From: an uncultured virus (IMG/VR IMGVR_UViG_3300022555_000014)
Taxonomy: Duplodnaviria; Heunggongvirae; Uroviricota; Caudoviricetes
DNA: 64,000 nucleotides
IMG/VR virus record: IMGVR_UViG_3300022555_000014
Strand: one strand, 5' to 3'
Position 1 is the first letter of the stretch, and each line of letters starts with the position of its first letter. Below are positions 39,629 through 50,117 of this stretch, piece after piece. The notes beneath the pieces were generated by a model that made no database searches, was not told the origin of the DNA, and was given only the letters and a program-made list of their open reading frames with translations. The position numbers and the translations under genes were made by a program.

Positions 39629-40038
39629 CCTACGATAAACAGGTAATCTTCTGCGATTGTCATAGTCCTGAACATCAACTGATCGTTCCTGGTGACGAGG
39701 ACTTTGTTTATTTGCACATCCATTTAGACAAACGTTCGTTTTGGAAGCGACTAGTCGCTGGAGTAAAATATATCTTCGGCTACTATTGCCAGTACGGACA
39801 TTGGGACGAAATACTCCTAAATAAGGAAGCCGCTGACCGATTCGGAAATCTACTGGTTAATTACGCTGGCCTTCCTAAAGACCCAGGTACCTGGATATCT
39901 GTGAGTAAACAAGACGACACTGTCGCTACTAAACCTCCAGAACCGAAGGTAATTCCAGATAACACTTTGTATGTGTGGGGACCACCTTGCTATGGACCCA
40001 GACCTTTTATTTTTGACTCTTCAAATAAAGGAGTCTAG
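39625..40038 (+). CDS. conserved phage hypothetical protein
   Basis: CDCHSPEH, FWKRL..GVKYIFGY...YGHWDE. Confidence 0.65.
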   Translation: MTYDKQVIFCDCHSPEHQLIVPGDEDFVYLHIHLDKRSFWKRLVAGVKYIFGYYCQYGHWDEILLNKEAADRFGNLLVNYAGLPKDPGTWISVSKQDDTVATKPPEPKVIPDNTLYVWGPPCYGPRPFIFDSSNKGV

Positions 40039-40040
40039 AC

Positions 40041-40274
40041 ATGGTCTCTTTTGCTCCTCCTAAGACCAGTAACCCTGAAGTTTTTAGACGAGCTGGGTGC
40101 TGGTTTGATAGAGCAATTCCTCATTTGCTCAGACTCTTTCCCACTGAAGAAAATAACCCTTGTACGACAGGCTGTACTAGATTCATCAACGGAACTTGTT
40201 CAAGCTATTTGGCACTAACTGATTCAAAAATCGTTGAAAAGTTGACATCGGAGGTGGCTAATGAGCTTGCTTGA
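40041..40274 (+). CDS. hypothetical protein
   Basis: AAGGAG RBS. Confidence 0.55.
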   Translation: MVSFAPPKTSNPEVFRRAGCWFDRAIPHLLRLFPTEENNPCTTGCTRFINGTCSSYLALTDSKIVEKLTSEVANELA

Positions 40275-40545
40275 TCTGGATGAGTGTTCTAGAATTAGGA
40301 TAGCAAGAACGTGCGATTATTTGAGAATCTCTGAAAAAGAGTTTGAAAACCTGTTAATATCAGTGGTTAAGCTTAGATACGGGAAAGAGTTTGCTAGACA
40401 CGGATTTAAAGGAATCCATCCGGGACATGTGTCCCACATTATTCGCGATGTAGCAGGCTATTTTGCAGTTAGTTCAGTGTTAACCCGTTTAGATTTAACA
40501 CCTACCAGAGGAGAAGCTGTCTGTGGATACGGTTCAAGCGTCTAA
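40261..40545 (+). CDS. hypothetical protein
   Basis: GGAGG RBS. Confidence 0.6.
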   Translation: MSLLDLDECSRIRIARTCDYLRISEKEFENLLISVVKLRYGKEFARHGFKGIHPGHVSHIIRDVAGYFAVSSVLTRLDLTPTRGEAVCGYGSSV

Positions 40546-41236
40546 ATCTATAAGAGCGAGTCATGGTCAGTTCTTATCTTTGGATGTAGGGGAGGATATC
40601 AAAAATAGCCTTTGTGGTTTGGAGTTGGTCGCTCAACAGATATTTGATCACTTTCTTACTACGCTCCCTGAGCATCTGGCTAAAGACTACGTGACGTTTT
40701 ACCTTCGTCATCTAGCTCGTAACTTCAGACCAAACCGTACAGACTTGTATCAACAGTACGGAACAATAAAGGAGATTGGAACCCCTTGGGATAACTGGTT
40801 GGAGATTCCAGAATCTGCTGAGATTCGTTTTGCAAAGAGTTCGCTCTTCACAGACAAGTCTCCAGTGACTACTCAAGAACAAAATTCAGTAGTGCCCGTA
40901 GTGCCCACTGAACCTGCTATAGAGGTTTTACCTCCTGAACCAGAGGTTGAAGAAAAGTCCCTAGTAATTCCTTCTGTAGAGACTCCTATGGTCTCAGTTG
41001 TTATTGAGACACCTACAAAAGAAATAGTATTTACACTTACTCCTGACATCTCGGACTGGTGGATAAATAAGACATTTTCAAAGAAAGCTCCAGGACGTAG
41101 GGTCATGTATAAAGTTGACGCTGTGAGTTTGGATGCTAACAAAATCTGTCTTGTTAAGCAGACGGCTAAGAGGGATCGCGTTGTTGTAAACCCTTCTGAG
41201 TTGTTGCAGGCACCTTGGTTTTTGGTAGAATCTTAA
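40523..41236 (+). CDS. hypothetical protein
   Basis: GAGGAG RBS; followed by a hairpin terminator. Confidence 0.6.
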   Translation: MDTVQASKSIRASHGQFLSLDVGEDIKNSLCGLELVAQQIFDHFLTTLPEHLAKDYVTFYLRHLARNFRPNRTDLYQQYGTIKEIGTPWDNWLEIPESAEIRFAKSSLFTDKSPVTTQEQNSVVPVVPTEPAIEVLPPEPEVEEKSLVIPSVETPMVSVVIETPTKEIVFTLTPDISDWWINKTFSKKAPGRRVMYKVDAVSLDANKICLVKQTAKRDRVVVNPSELLQAPWFLVES

Positions 41237-41389
41237 TTTTTAACTGGAGTAGGTTAGAAATTTCTAACCTACTCCAGTTCTAGCTACAACAGGAACGTAA
41301 AGAAATGGCAGCCGTTATCAGCTACTTGCTACTAGGCTTAGCCTTCATCAGTTACGGTTTAGCTCTAATTTTGGAAAAGGTCGGATACC

Positions 41390-41590
41390 ATGACTACCTC
41401 AAAAGTACTAACAGCCTACTTAAATAAAGCATTAGACTACTTTTGCATACTCTTAATAATGGTTTTTACAGCAATTGGCTTACTACTTCAACTAGCTTAT
41501 ACCATAACTATATGGTTAGCGTTTTACGTTTTCATTGCACCGTCAACTTGGATAGCTATCTTGCTTAAGAAAGTAACTTCTAACCAATAA
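41390..41590 (+). CDS. small membrane protein
   Basis: Hydrophobic 66-aa ORF. Confidence 0.45.
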   Translation: MTTSKVLTAYLNKALDYFCILLIMVFTAIGLLLQLAYTITIWLAFYVFIAPSTWIAILLKKVTSNQ

Positions 41591-41637
41591 CCTCAGTTAA
41601 CACCCTCTAAGACCATCTAAGAAGAAGGTAAGAAACC

Positions 41638-42360
41638 ATGTTGTGTGATGACTTAGTTAACGTCAACGTTGAGAACGGTCCTGTAGGTTTCAAGGAAGTT
41701 TTAAACAGAAAAGCTTTGATGTGTTACCATAGTAGCCGGTTTAGTTTGACATCTTCTGCTGTATTGAAGCTTGAAGCTATGAAGCTGTCAGAGCCAGAGA
41801 AGTTGGACATCGTTAAGCTACGCATAAAGTCAAATTACCCAATTTGGGTAGAGTTTCCTTATTCTTGTCGGTTGAATGCTAGAGGTATAGTTCAGGACGG
41901 TAAATTCCCTGAGAAGATTGGTTTTTTGTTCAACTCTGACAGCGAAGGTATCGCTTGTGTTGTAAGTGCTGTTTGGAAGTTCAAGGAAGATTTCAACTTT
42001 AGTGTTCATGATACTATTATTGATCACACAGGTGGAGACGTTCCTGAAAATAGCAACATCCGGTCAATGTCTCAGTTTGGTTACTGTGGTTCATTAGCAC
42101 CTCACTTGAGGATTGGTATTGAGCCTTTGTCTCTTACTTACCTACGTAGTGCAGTCGAATCTAATCCTGTGTTGAGTGTGGAAAACTTAATTAAGTCCGA
42201 CAATGTCGAAGAGCTTGATTGGGTGATTAAGTTGTACAAAGTAGTGTACGATCTAGTTAACGGTACAGTCGGTCATCTTCCAGTTGACCGGGAGAAACTT
42301 ACCGAGACTAGGAAGAAGCGCGGTCTCCTGACCCTAGACTTTTCTGAAATCGTTTTGTAA
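41638..42360 (+). CDS. hypothetical phage protein
   Basis: 240-aa ORF; C-terminal R.KRG..L.F resembles part of 32215..33192. Confidence 0.6.
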   Translation: MLCDDLVNVNVENGPVGFKEVLNRKALMCYHSSRFSLTSSAVLKLEAMKLSEPEKLDIVKLRIKSNYPIWVEFPYSCRLNARGIVQDGKFPEKIGFLFNSDSEGIACVVSAVWKFKEDFNFSVHDTIIDHTGGDVPENSNIRSMSQFGYCGSLAPHLRIGIEPLSLTYLRSAVESNPVLSVENLIKSDNVEELDWVIKLYKVVYDLVNGTVGHLPVDREKLTETRKKRGLLTLDFSEIVL

Positions 42361-42525
42361 GCTCTCACTAATGTCTGACGTTGTGAGGACACGACTCGGC
42401 AGGAATCCTCTACTGAATTTTTTGTTGACCTCCTGATATACTTCATAGTACAAAGGAGCCTTAATATGTTGTATTTCACCGACACCCGAATGTGACGCTC
42501 CTGTCACGTTTCGGAGACTTCTCAA

Positions 42526-42849
42526 ATGAGTCGGACAGTCAAAACCGGTGCGGCTTGGTACGTCAAAGATTTGCCAAACTACTCTATCCTCTTGTTGATA
42601 GAGCTTGCGGAAACCGGTAAGGTGACTACGTGGTTTGGCAGAACCTTCAAAACTTTGGAGGACTACCATAACTACTGTCTTCGCAAGCACAGGACCGATG
42701 TAGGTAGTCCTGATTCTTCTTGTCCTAAAAGCCACAACTCTTGGAACGAGACCCGGAATCGTAAGTGGGCAAAAGCTAAAGCCGCTCGGTTGAACCGTCG
42801 AGTTGCTGCCCGCCATATTCGCAAAGAGTTGGATGATTTGAATAGCTGA
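42526..42849 (+). CDS. hypothetical basic protein
   Basis: GGAG RBS; followed by a hairpin and T-run terminator at about 42870-42915. Confidence 0.6.
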   Translation: MSRTVKTGAAWYVKDLPNYSILLLIELAETGKVTTWFGRTFKTLEDYHNYCLRKHRTDVGSPDSSCPKSHNSWNETRNRKWAKAKAARLNRRVAARHIRKELDDLNS

Positions 42850-42987
42850 CTTACTAGCTAAACTTTTAAAACCAGGGTGTAGATTCTAGCTAGAATCTAC
42901 ACCCTGGTTTTTTATTTACTGGAGGACTTGACATTTGTTTTTGACTGTGTTAAGCTGTATTTTCTTGAGTCAGGAAGGGGTTGGAAA

Positions 42988-43296
42988 GTGAAGCCGAAAG
43001 TCTTAAAAATTAAAGATGTTCCTGTAAGTGGCGTTGTCATCATGCCCGAAAGGATGGACGATGAAGTTAGAGAAACTCACTACATTAGACTAGCAGATAA
43101 GCCGACTCGCTATCCAGGTAACGTTCCAGTAGCTAGGATTCAGGTAATTCAAGGCTACACCGACACTTCTATAAAGCCCAGAATCAACGTAGTTCCTAAG
43201 AAACTGTTTGAGTCTGAAATGCATGGAGCAACTCCGGTAGTTGAGAACTCACAGTTTACTGCTTGGGTTGATCATTCCTTGGGAGAGCCTCAATGA
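42988..43296 (+). CDS. hypothetical protein
   Basis: ATGA coupling to the next gene; start uncertain. Confidence 0.5.
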   Translation: MKPKVLKIKDVPVSGVVIMPERMDDEVRETHYIRLADKPTRYPGNVPVARIQVIQGYTDTSIKPRINVVPKKLFESEMHGATPVVENSQFTAWVDHSLGEPQ

Positions 43297-44123
43297 GAGA
43301 CATTAACGGTATCCAGTTTGAGTATAGTGATAGTCATAGTCATATAACTGATCAGTTGGTAACGGAAGATAGTATAGAAAAGTTTAAGAAGGTGTGGTTC
43401 AAATCTCTTAAGTTTGAAGAGGCTAAGTCTAATATTTGGAGTTTGTTGCCTGTACCTTACGGCGTTCCGGTGGTTTTCGTTTACGAAAACGGTGGGTTGG
43501 TGGGAATAGAATCACCAACCCTAATGTTGCCTTGGGCTGAAAAGTTAGCACCTGTCAAAAGACCTAGCTTGGACTACTTACCCTTAGGAGTAATAAAGTC
43601 CCTTGTTATACAACACATAAATTACCAGTATGTTTTTGGGTATCTTACCCTGTGTAAGAAGGATATAAAGTCAGAAGACACTGAAGAGTTTGTCAAAAAG
43701 CAAGTAATTAAAGGATCAGAGTTGGTAGAGTTTGTTACAGTTAGGTATTTTAATGTATCGAAACGACCAAACGGTCATGTCGATGTAAGAGCACCTAATC
43801 TTAAAGGGCAGTTGGCAGCCCTACTTACTCATGGCTTCTTGACTGTGAATAATCTTATACAAACTGACAAAATAGAAAAATCAGATATTCAGAACTTAGC
43901 AATTCGTCCTATTATAAGAGACAAAGTTATAAATCTTTCCTTAGTAGAAGGGATTCCTTACGATAAGTTAACTTCCGAACTCTTAAAGAAGGCCACATCT
44001 CTTAGAAAGACTCTTAAAAAGCTTTACCCTTGGCCTATACGCTACTTAGGTCTAGTAGACAACAATTCTTCGGTAGGGCGAATAACCCGTTTGCCGCCAA
44101 CTCCTTCAAAGAGTTTGTTTTGA
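43293..44123 (+). CDS. hypothetical protein, weak resemblance to NAD-dependent ligase adenylation domain
   Basis: PVPYGVPVVFVYENGGLV resembles KxDG..V.L.YENG.L but lacks the catalytic Lys. Confidence 0.45.
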   Translation: MRDINGIQFEYSDSHSHITDQLVTEDSIEKFKKVWFKSLKFEEAKSNIWSLLPVPYGVPVVFVYENGGLVGIESPTLMLPWAEKLAPVKRPSLDYLPLGVIKSLVIQHINYQYVFGYLTLCKKDIKSEDTEEFVKKQVIKGSELVEFVTVRYFNVSKRPNGHVDVRAPNLKGQLAALLTHGFLTVNNLIQTDKIEKSDIQNLAIRPIIRDKVINLSLVEGIPYDKLTSELLKKATSLRKTLKKLYPWPIRYLGLVDNNSSVGRITRLPPTPSKSLF

Positions 44124-44279
44124 TTCGGCAGGACTCAGTGGGAATGGCAGGAAAATCCCACTGAATTTTTTTGTTGACATCATGCTTGACACCTGATATG
44201 CTTGGTGTGGACTGGTAGACTCAGGACAAGTTGGCCTTGTCTTTAACCAACACAGTCTTTAGCTAGGAGGGTAGCTATT

Positions 44280-44828
44280 ATGAGGAAGCCTATAAAGATT
44301 AAGGGTTTAAAGAAGCCCAGTCTTGATGGTATGAAGGCAGGTCTCGAATTGCTAAAAGCTAGCGGGAAGTTAAAATCTAAGCGTATTATTAAGCCTTCTG
44401 TTAACTCACCAACTCCACCAAAGAGTTTGGAGACAGCAACTCCTGCAAACCAGACTCCTCCTTCTGCTCCTAAAGAGGTGGCTAGACCGACTAGTACTGT
44501 GGTTCATATTCATCCTCACCCTATTACCGAAGACTTGTCACGATTGGTAGACAGAATGGAAGACACTCAGATGCAACTGAGTGCTCTTCAGAATAAGATG
44601 AACGAATTGAAGGAAGAGTTCCTTAGGAAGTCGCCTACTTCCATTGTGTACGGAACAAGAAACGGAAATTATGTGAAGAAAGAAGAAAAGACTCTGGTAA
44701 GCTACAACATTCCTCTAATGGTAGAGGTGATGGGTGTACCTTGGATTAGTCGGTACGCTATTCCAAAACCTTATGTGTCAGTTACCCTTGGTCACACCAC
44801 CCTAAAAGTTGCTGCCTTCAACCGCTAA
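44280..44828 (+). CDS. hypothetical protein
   Basis: AGGAGG RBS. Confidence 0.65.
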   Translation: MRKPIKIKGLKKPSLDGMKAGLELLKASGKLKSKRIIKPSVNSPTPPKSLETATPANQTPPSAPKEVARPTSTVVHIHPHPITEDLSRLVDRMEDTQMQLSALQNKMNELKEEFLRKSPTSIVYGTRNGNYVKKEEKTLVSYNIPLMVEVMGVPWISRYAIPKPYVSVTLGHTTLKVAAFNR

Positions 44829-44849
44829 ACTCTCACAGGAGCCTTAACA

Positions 44850-45149
44850 ATGTCTGACTCGATTCTCTTCCCTAAGTTGGCGAAAGCTACACAGGAACTC
44901 TACGGAACAGGATTTGTCATGAAAGGTCGAAGACTGGATACTTGGGTGAAGAAAGTCGGTGACATCTCAGTAACCGCCTTTATTGAACCTGTAGAGTCCA
45001 ACTCTATCACTAAGGGAGTTGTTAAGGCGTTGGTTAAAACCGACGCTCCTAACTTTCAAGAGTTTGGTGATGATGACGATAACGGCCTCTCTAATCTCAT
45101 GGCAGTCATTGGCGTGACTAGGTCACAGCCGAGAGCCCAACTCCCATAA
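44850..45149 (+). CDS. hypothetical protein, paralog of 53972..54208
   Basis: GF...R.D.WV.K...I.A.IEP....I.KG.V shared. Confidence 0.65.
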   Translation: MSDSILFPKLAKATQELYGTGFVMKGRRLDTWVKKVGDISVTAFIEPVESNSITKGVVKALVKTDAPNFQEFGDDDDNGLSNLMAVIGVTRSQPRAQLP

Positions 45150-45459
45150 GACCCGTAAGATTCGTCAAACTCTCACTCACCTCGGAAATTCGAACAAACC
45201 TAGGTAGGCTATCATAGCCTACCTAGGTTTTTTATTAAGAACACTAATTTTAATTATGCCTTACAGAATGCAAGGTGGATTGGCAATTGTATAAAATGCA
45301 ATACGATTGTTGAAAATTTCTCTTGACTTGTGGAATTGACTGGCGTACACTGAAGACGGCAGGCAGATAACCAGACTGCTTATCGCCTAGTAACCCCTCT
45401 GGTTGAACCCTTTTCCTACGGGGCCAGCATAGCACTGGTCAGAGGAAGGAGAACACAAA

Positions 45460-48297
45460 ATGACTACGACAACGACTCCTACGTGGATCAACTCGATCAG
45501 CACTTCTGTTTTGAAGAGCGACGTTACTGCTGCTGCAGCAACCGGAATCATGTCTTACAGCAATTGCGTCAAGCTGCTGTCTGATTTGGCCTCTCTCATC
45601 ACAACCACTGGAGTCACTGCGGCAGAGTTTGCCGACATGAAGACCATAGTTACCAACGATACAAATGGTCTTACAACGTCAAATTACCTGCAAAGTGTAA
45701 TGAATAGCCTTGTTAACGGTAGTAATGCAAACCAGTACTGGACTGGTGGCGCCTCTCAAGCTGTTCACTTGGGCAACTTGGCTGTTGGTTCAACTCTCAC
45801 TCAAGTCACAGAGTTGACTGGTAAATGGTTGCTTGGTACTGACACACCGAGTGCCGGTGGTATCATCCAGAATCAAAACCCAATCTACACTGAGGTGAAA
45901 ACCACTTTATACGGCACTGCTGGTGCTCCGACTATCAACGAAGTTTGCCAAGGCGAAGTCGGTGATTGCTACTTCCTAGCCGGTGTCGGTGCTGTCGCTC
46001 TGGAAAACCCGACGCTGATTAAGAACGCAATTATCAGCAACGGGAACAACTCCTACGGTGTTGAGTTTTTTGTTAACGGCAATCCAGTGTGGGTTACAGT
46101 TAACGATTACATCCCGACACTTAGTGGTGCTGCTCCTTATGCCAACGGGTTCAACAATCCTGATAACGCTTCTTGGCTCCAACTCTACGAAAAAGCTTTT
46201 GCTCAACTCCAAGCAATCTCCCCAACCACAGGAAACCCTGGAAACGTCTATGGTAATGCTTACCAGTCCATCAACTCTGGTCAGTTGGTAAACGCTATTG
46301 CTGCTATCACCGGAGCAACTCCTGTCCTGTACACTGGGTCTCAGATCACTTCTAGCGTCAACTCCATTATTGCAGCTTTGAACAATCATGAAGCTGTGGA
46401 GTTGGGTTCTTACACTACAGCTACCGACTCGGCTGGAAAGTACACTTTGATTGCCAACCACGCTTTCACCGTGACTGGCTACGACACGGTTACCAACGAG
46501 TTTATCGTTCGTAATCCTTGGGGTACGATGACTAGCGGGCAGTACTGGGAGACTTCCTTTGAAGTAACCGCCGCTCAACTAGCCTCTGTTGGTGATCAAA
46601 TCTCGATTTGCCCTACGGTTGCTGGTCAGACTGCGGTTGTTCCAACTCCTGCCGTGACAACGACCAACGCCACTCTGCACGGCGGTCAGTCTCTGGCTTT
46701 GGCTACCACCGTAACTGCAACTCCTGTTAGTGGCAGCACTGTAAAGTACTACGATGTCACCACCAACGGAGTTACTGTTAACCTGAACGGTGCAACAAAC
46801 CTCTCACACACTGCTGGTGACATTCAAGTTGCCGCTTCGCAATGGTCAATGCTCACTATTAGTGGCGCCGCCAACACTGGAACACAGACTATCTCTATCT
46901 CTGCCAGCACTGACGGCAATAACTACGGCACACCAGTTACTGACACCATCACGACTGTTGGTGCCGTAATCACTGGGAACACAAACTCAGTTGTTGCTGG
47001 TAAGTCCGTTGCCGTGTCTACCCTGTTCACCACTTCAGATGTCGGTGGTACTATTCTTGACTACCAGTTCACAACTCCCACCTCCGGTACAATCAACCTC
47101 GGTGGTGCAACCAACCTCTCACACACTGCCGGAGTAATTGAAGTCGCTGCTAACCAGTTGTCTCTGCTTACTTACACTGCTGGTTCAACTGCCGGGACTA
47201 CATCTCTTGGAGTTCAAGTTTACGACGGTGCATGGGACAACGTCACCAACGTCTCTTTGACTACTACGGCAGCAACTTCTGTAGCCGCAACTCCGGTTAT
47301 CACTTCTAGCACTCACACGATACACGGTGGCGTTATTACACCAGTTGCGTCCACCTTCTCTTACACGGGGTCGCCGTCTTTCTTCAAGTTTACAAACATG
47401 GGTGGAGGTGTTATCCAGCTTAACGGTGCCACTAACTTGTTGGGTTCTTCCAGCACCTCTGTTGAAGTTACTGCAGCACAGTTGAAGCTGTTGAACTTTG
47501 CAGATGTTGCCCTTGGTCCTGACACCATCACTATCTCGGCGTCTAACGACGGCGTCAACTGGGGAGCGTCAGTTTCTACGGACATTATGAATGTTGTTGG
47601 TGCAACTGTTACAATCACGGCCGGTTCTGTAGCCGTTGGAAAGACTGTTAACCTTTCAACTCTGATCAACGCTTCTGATCCTGGTGGCACCATCCAGTAT
47701 TACGAGGTTGATTTCTCACCGAAGGCTGCTAGTGGCACGGTTTCACTTAACGGAGCAACGAATCTTAACGGGTCTTCTTACACCAGCCAGGGTTACATTG
47801 AAGTCACTCAGACTGATCTGGCTAAGTTGCTCTTCACCGGAAGCTCGGCCGGTTCCCAGACTATCCAAGTCAAAGCTTTTGACGGTGCGTGGTCCAACAT
47901 CGCTAATCTTGCTATGACGACCACAGCTTCAACTCCGGCTCCCACGACTCCGGGAATCACTATTACCTCTAACAACTCGTCGGTTGCTGCTGGTCACTCA
48001 ATCTCGGTTGCTTCTACCATCACTTCTACCGATGTCGGTGGAACTATCGGAGCCTACTTGGTGTTTGCTCCGACGCACGGAACTCTGACCTACGCTGGTG
48101 GTAATGTTAACAGCGTCAACGGTGTTCAAGTTTCTGCCGCTCAGTTGTCTAGCCTGATGTACGTAGCAGGTTCAACTCCTGGAGCGGACAGCTTCACTAT
48201 CGAAGCCTGCAACACTAACTTCAACGGTTGGTCGACTCCTGTTGTTGACCACATCAATATCACTGGTGCAGTTTCTTCAACTCTCTTCATGATCTGA
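45460..48297 (+). CDS. calpain-like (peptidase C2) cysteine protease with Thr-rich beta-repeat C-terminus
   Basis: QGEVGDCYFLA (Cys), NHAFTV (His), RNPWG (Asn); repeats with LNGATNL...EV.A.QL..L...DG.WS. Confidence 0.88.
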   Translation: MTTTTTPTWINSISTSVLKSDVTAAAATGIMSYSNCVKLLSDLASLITTTGVTAAEFADMKTIVTNDTNGLTTSNYLQSVMNSLVNGSNANQYWTGGASQAVHLGNLAVGSTLTQVTELTGKWLLGTDTPSAGGIIQNQNPIYTEVKTTLYGTAGAPTINEVCQGEVGDCYFLAGVGAVALENPTLIKNAIISNGNNSYGVEFFVNGNPVWVTVNDYIPTLSGAAPYANGFNNPDNASWLQLYEKAFAQLQAISPTTGNPGNVYGNAYQSINSGQLVNAIAAITGATPVLYTGSQITSSVNSIIAALNNHEAVELGSYTTATDSAGKYTLIANHAFTVTGYDTVTNEFIVRNPWGTMTSGQYWETSFEVTAAQLASVGDQISICPTVAGQTAVVPTPAVTTTNATLHGGQSLALATTVTATPVSGSTVKYYDVTTNGVTVNLNGATNLSHTAGDIQVAASQWSMLTISGAANTGTQTISISASTDGNNYGTPVTDTITTVGAVITGNTNSVVAGKSVAVSTLFTTSDVGGTILDYQFTTPTSGTINLGGATNLSHTAGVIEVAANQLSLLTYTAGSTAGTTSLGVQVYDGAWDNVTNVSLTTTAATSVAATPVITSSTHTIHGGVITPVASTFSYTGSPSFFKFTNMGGGVIQLNGATNLLGSSSTSVEVTAAQLKLLNFADVALGPDTITISASNDGVNWGASVSTDIMNVVGATVTITAGSVAVGKTVNLSTLINASDPGGTIQYYEVDFSPKAASGTVSLNGATNLNGSSYTSQGYIEVTQTDLAKLLFTGSSAGSQTIQVKAFDGAWSNIANLAMTTTASTPAPTTPGITITSNNSSVAAGHSISVASTITSTDVGGTIGAYLVFAPTHGTLTYAGGNVNSVNGVQVSAAQLSSLMYVAGSTPGADSFTIEACNTNFNGWSTPVVDHINITGAVSSTLFMI

Positions 48298-48407
48298 TAC
48301 CCTAACAAGTAAAAACCAGTGGGGTTAACGTTAACCCTACTGGTTTAGGAAAACTGAACTTAATCCCTACGGGGCCAGCAAAGGCACTGGTCAGAGGAGA
48401 TACCAAA

Positions 48408-49772
48408 ATGACTACCGCTACAGTTAATCCGTTGGTTGTTACAGGTGCAACGATCCACGGTGGGCAAACTCTCAATATCGGAACGACTATTTCCGATTCG
48501 CAGAAACCCTTGTTTTATGAGTTGTTAGCTCCGACTGGGTTAATCAACCTTAACGGTGCAACCAACCTGATGGCGTTGCCTGCCAATAGCTACGGTGCTA
48601 CTACAGCCATTGAAGTTAAGGCATCCCAACTCTCACTGTTGACAGTTACGGGATCAATGTTTGGTGGTGACCAGCTTGTTCAGGTGATGGCTTCAAACGA
48701 CGGTAAAACTTGGGGAACTTCCGTATTTGACCACATCACTACGGCGACAGCTACTATAACGGCAACTCCTAAAAGTGTTGTTGAACACAGTTCAGTGTCA
48801 GCGTTATCAATGTTTTCTGTTACTGACACAGGTGGTTACACGCCGTCCCTTTACAAACTTACGGCTAATACTGGTACTATTAGCCTTAATGGGGCTACCA
48901 ATCTCCTTGGAGCTTCTAGCACTGGGGCTGGAATATTCGAGTTCTCCGCCTCCGATCTAGCCAATCATGTTACCTATACGGCGCTATCAACTCCCGGAGT
49001 CTACTCTCTATCTTTACAAGCTTTTGACGGTGCGTGGTCAAATACTGTCAACTCTTCAGTAACTGTTACTCCTCCGCCTCCTCCGCCTGTACCTAAGCTT
49101 ACCGCTAATAGCGCCGCCGCTATCACTGTTCACGGCGGTCAAGCCTTCCATGTTGGCACATCGGTTACCTATGACAGTAACGCCACTCATTTCCAGGTAA
49201 CCGATATCAATCAAACCAGTCACCCAACAAGTCAAGGGCTTCAGGACTACATCCCCAATAGTTCTGTCACTTACCCTTCTCTGGACCTTGCTCAGTTTAA
49301 GGCCCTAACTTACAACAATTGGAGTTCGGCCGGTACAGATACTCTTATTATTCGTGCGTCATCTGACAACGTTAATTGGAGTGCTCCTGTTGAAGAGACA
49401 GTTAACACTGTCGCAGCAACGATTACTGCTAACAATAACCAACTAACTGTTGGTAGTAAGGTTTTGTTGTCTTCGTTGTTCACTGTTCATGACAGCGTAC
49501 CTGTTCAGAAGATTCACTTCACTCTTCCTACCGTTGGCAGCATTGCAGTGAACGGTGTAGCTCTTGATCATATCAACGATCCTGGTGATGCCTACATCGC
49601 TCTAAACGGTCAAATGCCGACTATTACCTACACCGCTAGCCTATCAGCCACGTCAAGCAACGGTGGTTTGAACACGACTAGCATCAATGTTGATGTCTAC
49701 GATGGTGTTCAGTCTAATTCGTACTACATTCCGATCTCTATTTTAGGGCACATTCCTACCGCTCACGTTTAG
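48408..49772 (+). CDS. repeat-only paralog of the calpain-like protein's C-terminal region
   Basis: Same IHGGQ, LNGATNL, AFDGAWSN repeats; no protease domain. Confidence 0.8.
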   Translation: MTTATVNPLVVTGATIHGGQTLNIGTTISDSQKPLFYELLAPTGLINLNGATNLMALPANSYGATTAIEVKASQLSLLTVTGSMFGGDQLVQVMASNDGKTWGTSVFDHITTATATITATPKSVVEHSSVSALSMFSVTDTGGYTPSLYKLTANTGTISLNGATNLLGASSTGAGIFEFSASDLANHVTYTALSTPGVYSLSLQAFDGAWSNTVNSSVTVTPPPPPPVPKLTANSAAAITVHGGQAFHVGTSVTYDSNATHFQVTDINQTSHPTSQGLQDYIPNSSVTYPSLDLAQFKALTYNNWSSAGTDTLIIRASSDNVNWSAPVEETVNTVAATITANNNQLTVGSKVLLSSLFTVHDSVPVQKIHFTLPTVGSIAVNGVALDHINDPGDAYIALNGQMPTITYTASLSATSSNGGLNTTSINVDVYDGVQSNSYYIPISILGHIPTAHV

Positions 49773-50117
49773 ATGATCAAAACCCTCCTAGGTGGGCAAA
49801 TCCACCTAGGAGGGTTTTTTGATTCTACCAACTCTCACCAACCCTTTCCCGCGTGACCGACTCAGGATCGACTCGTCACCCACTAGGGCATTAGTGAGAG
49901 TTTAGCGGTTAGGAAGTGGAGGGTACGAACTCTCACTAATGCCTGAGTTTGGTTGTGAGACTACGCGAGATACGGTGTGCGGTTAAAAAATCCTTGGTTT
50001 TTCAAGCGTTATAAAGTTTTTGGCTGTAAGTCAAAAAGTAGTTGCTTTTTGAAAATAAGTGGGATAAACTGAGTAGGCAGGGAAATCCTGGCAAACACAC
50101 ATAGAAGGAAAACGATC

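Noticed and set aside
43293..44123. Functional NAD-dependent DNA ligase
   Set aside because: The KxDG lysine and downstream domains are absent.
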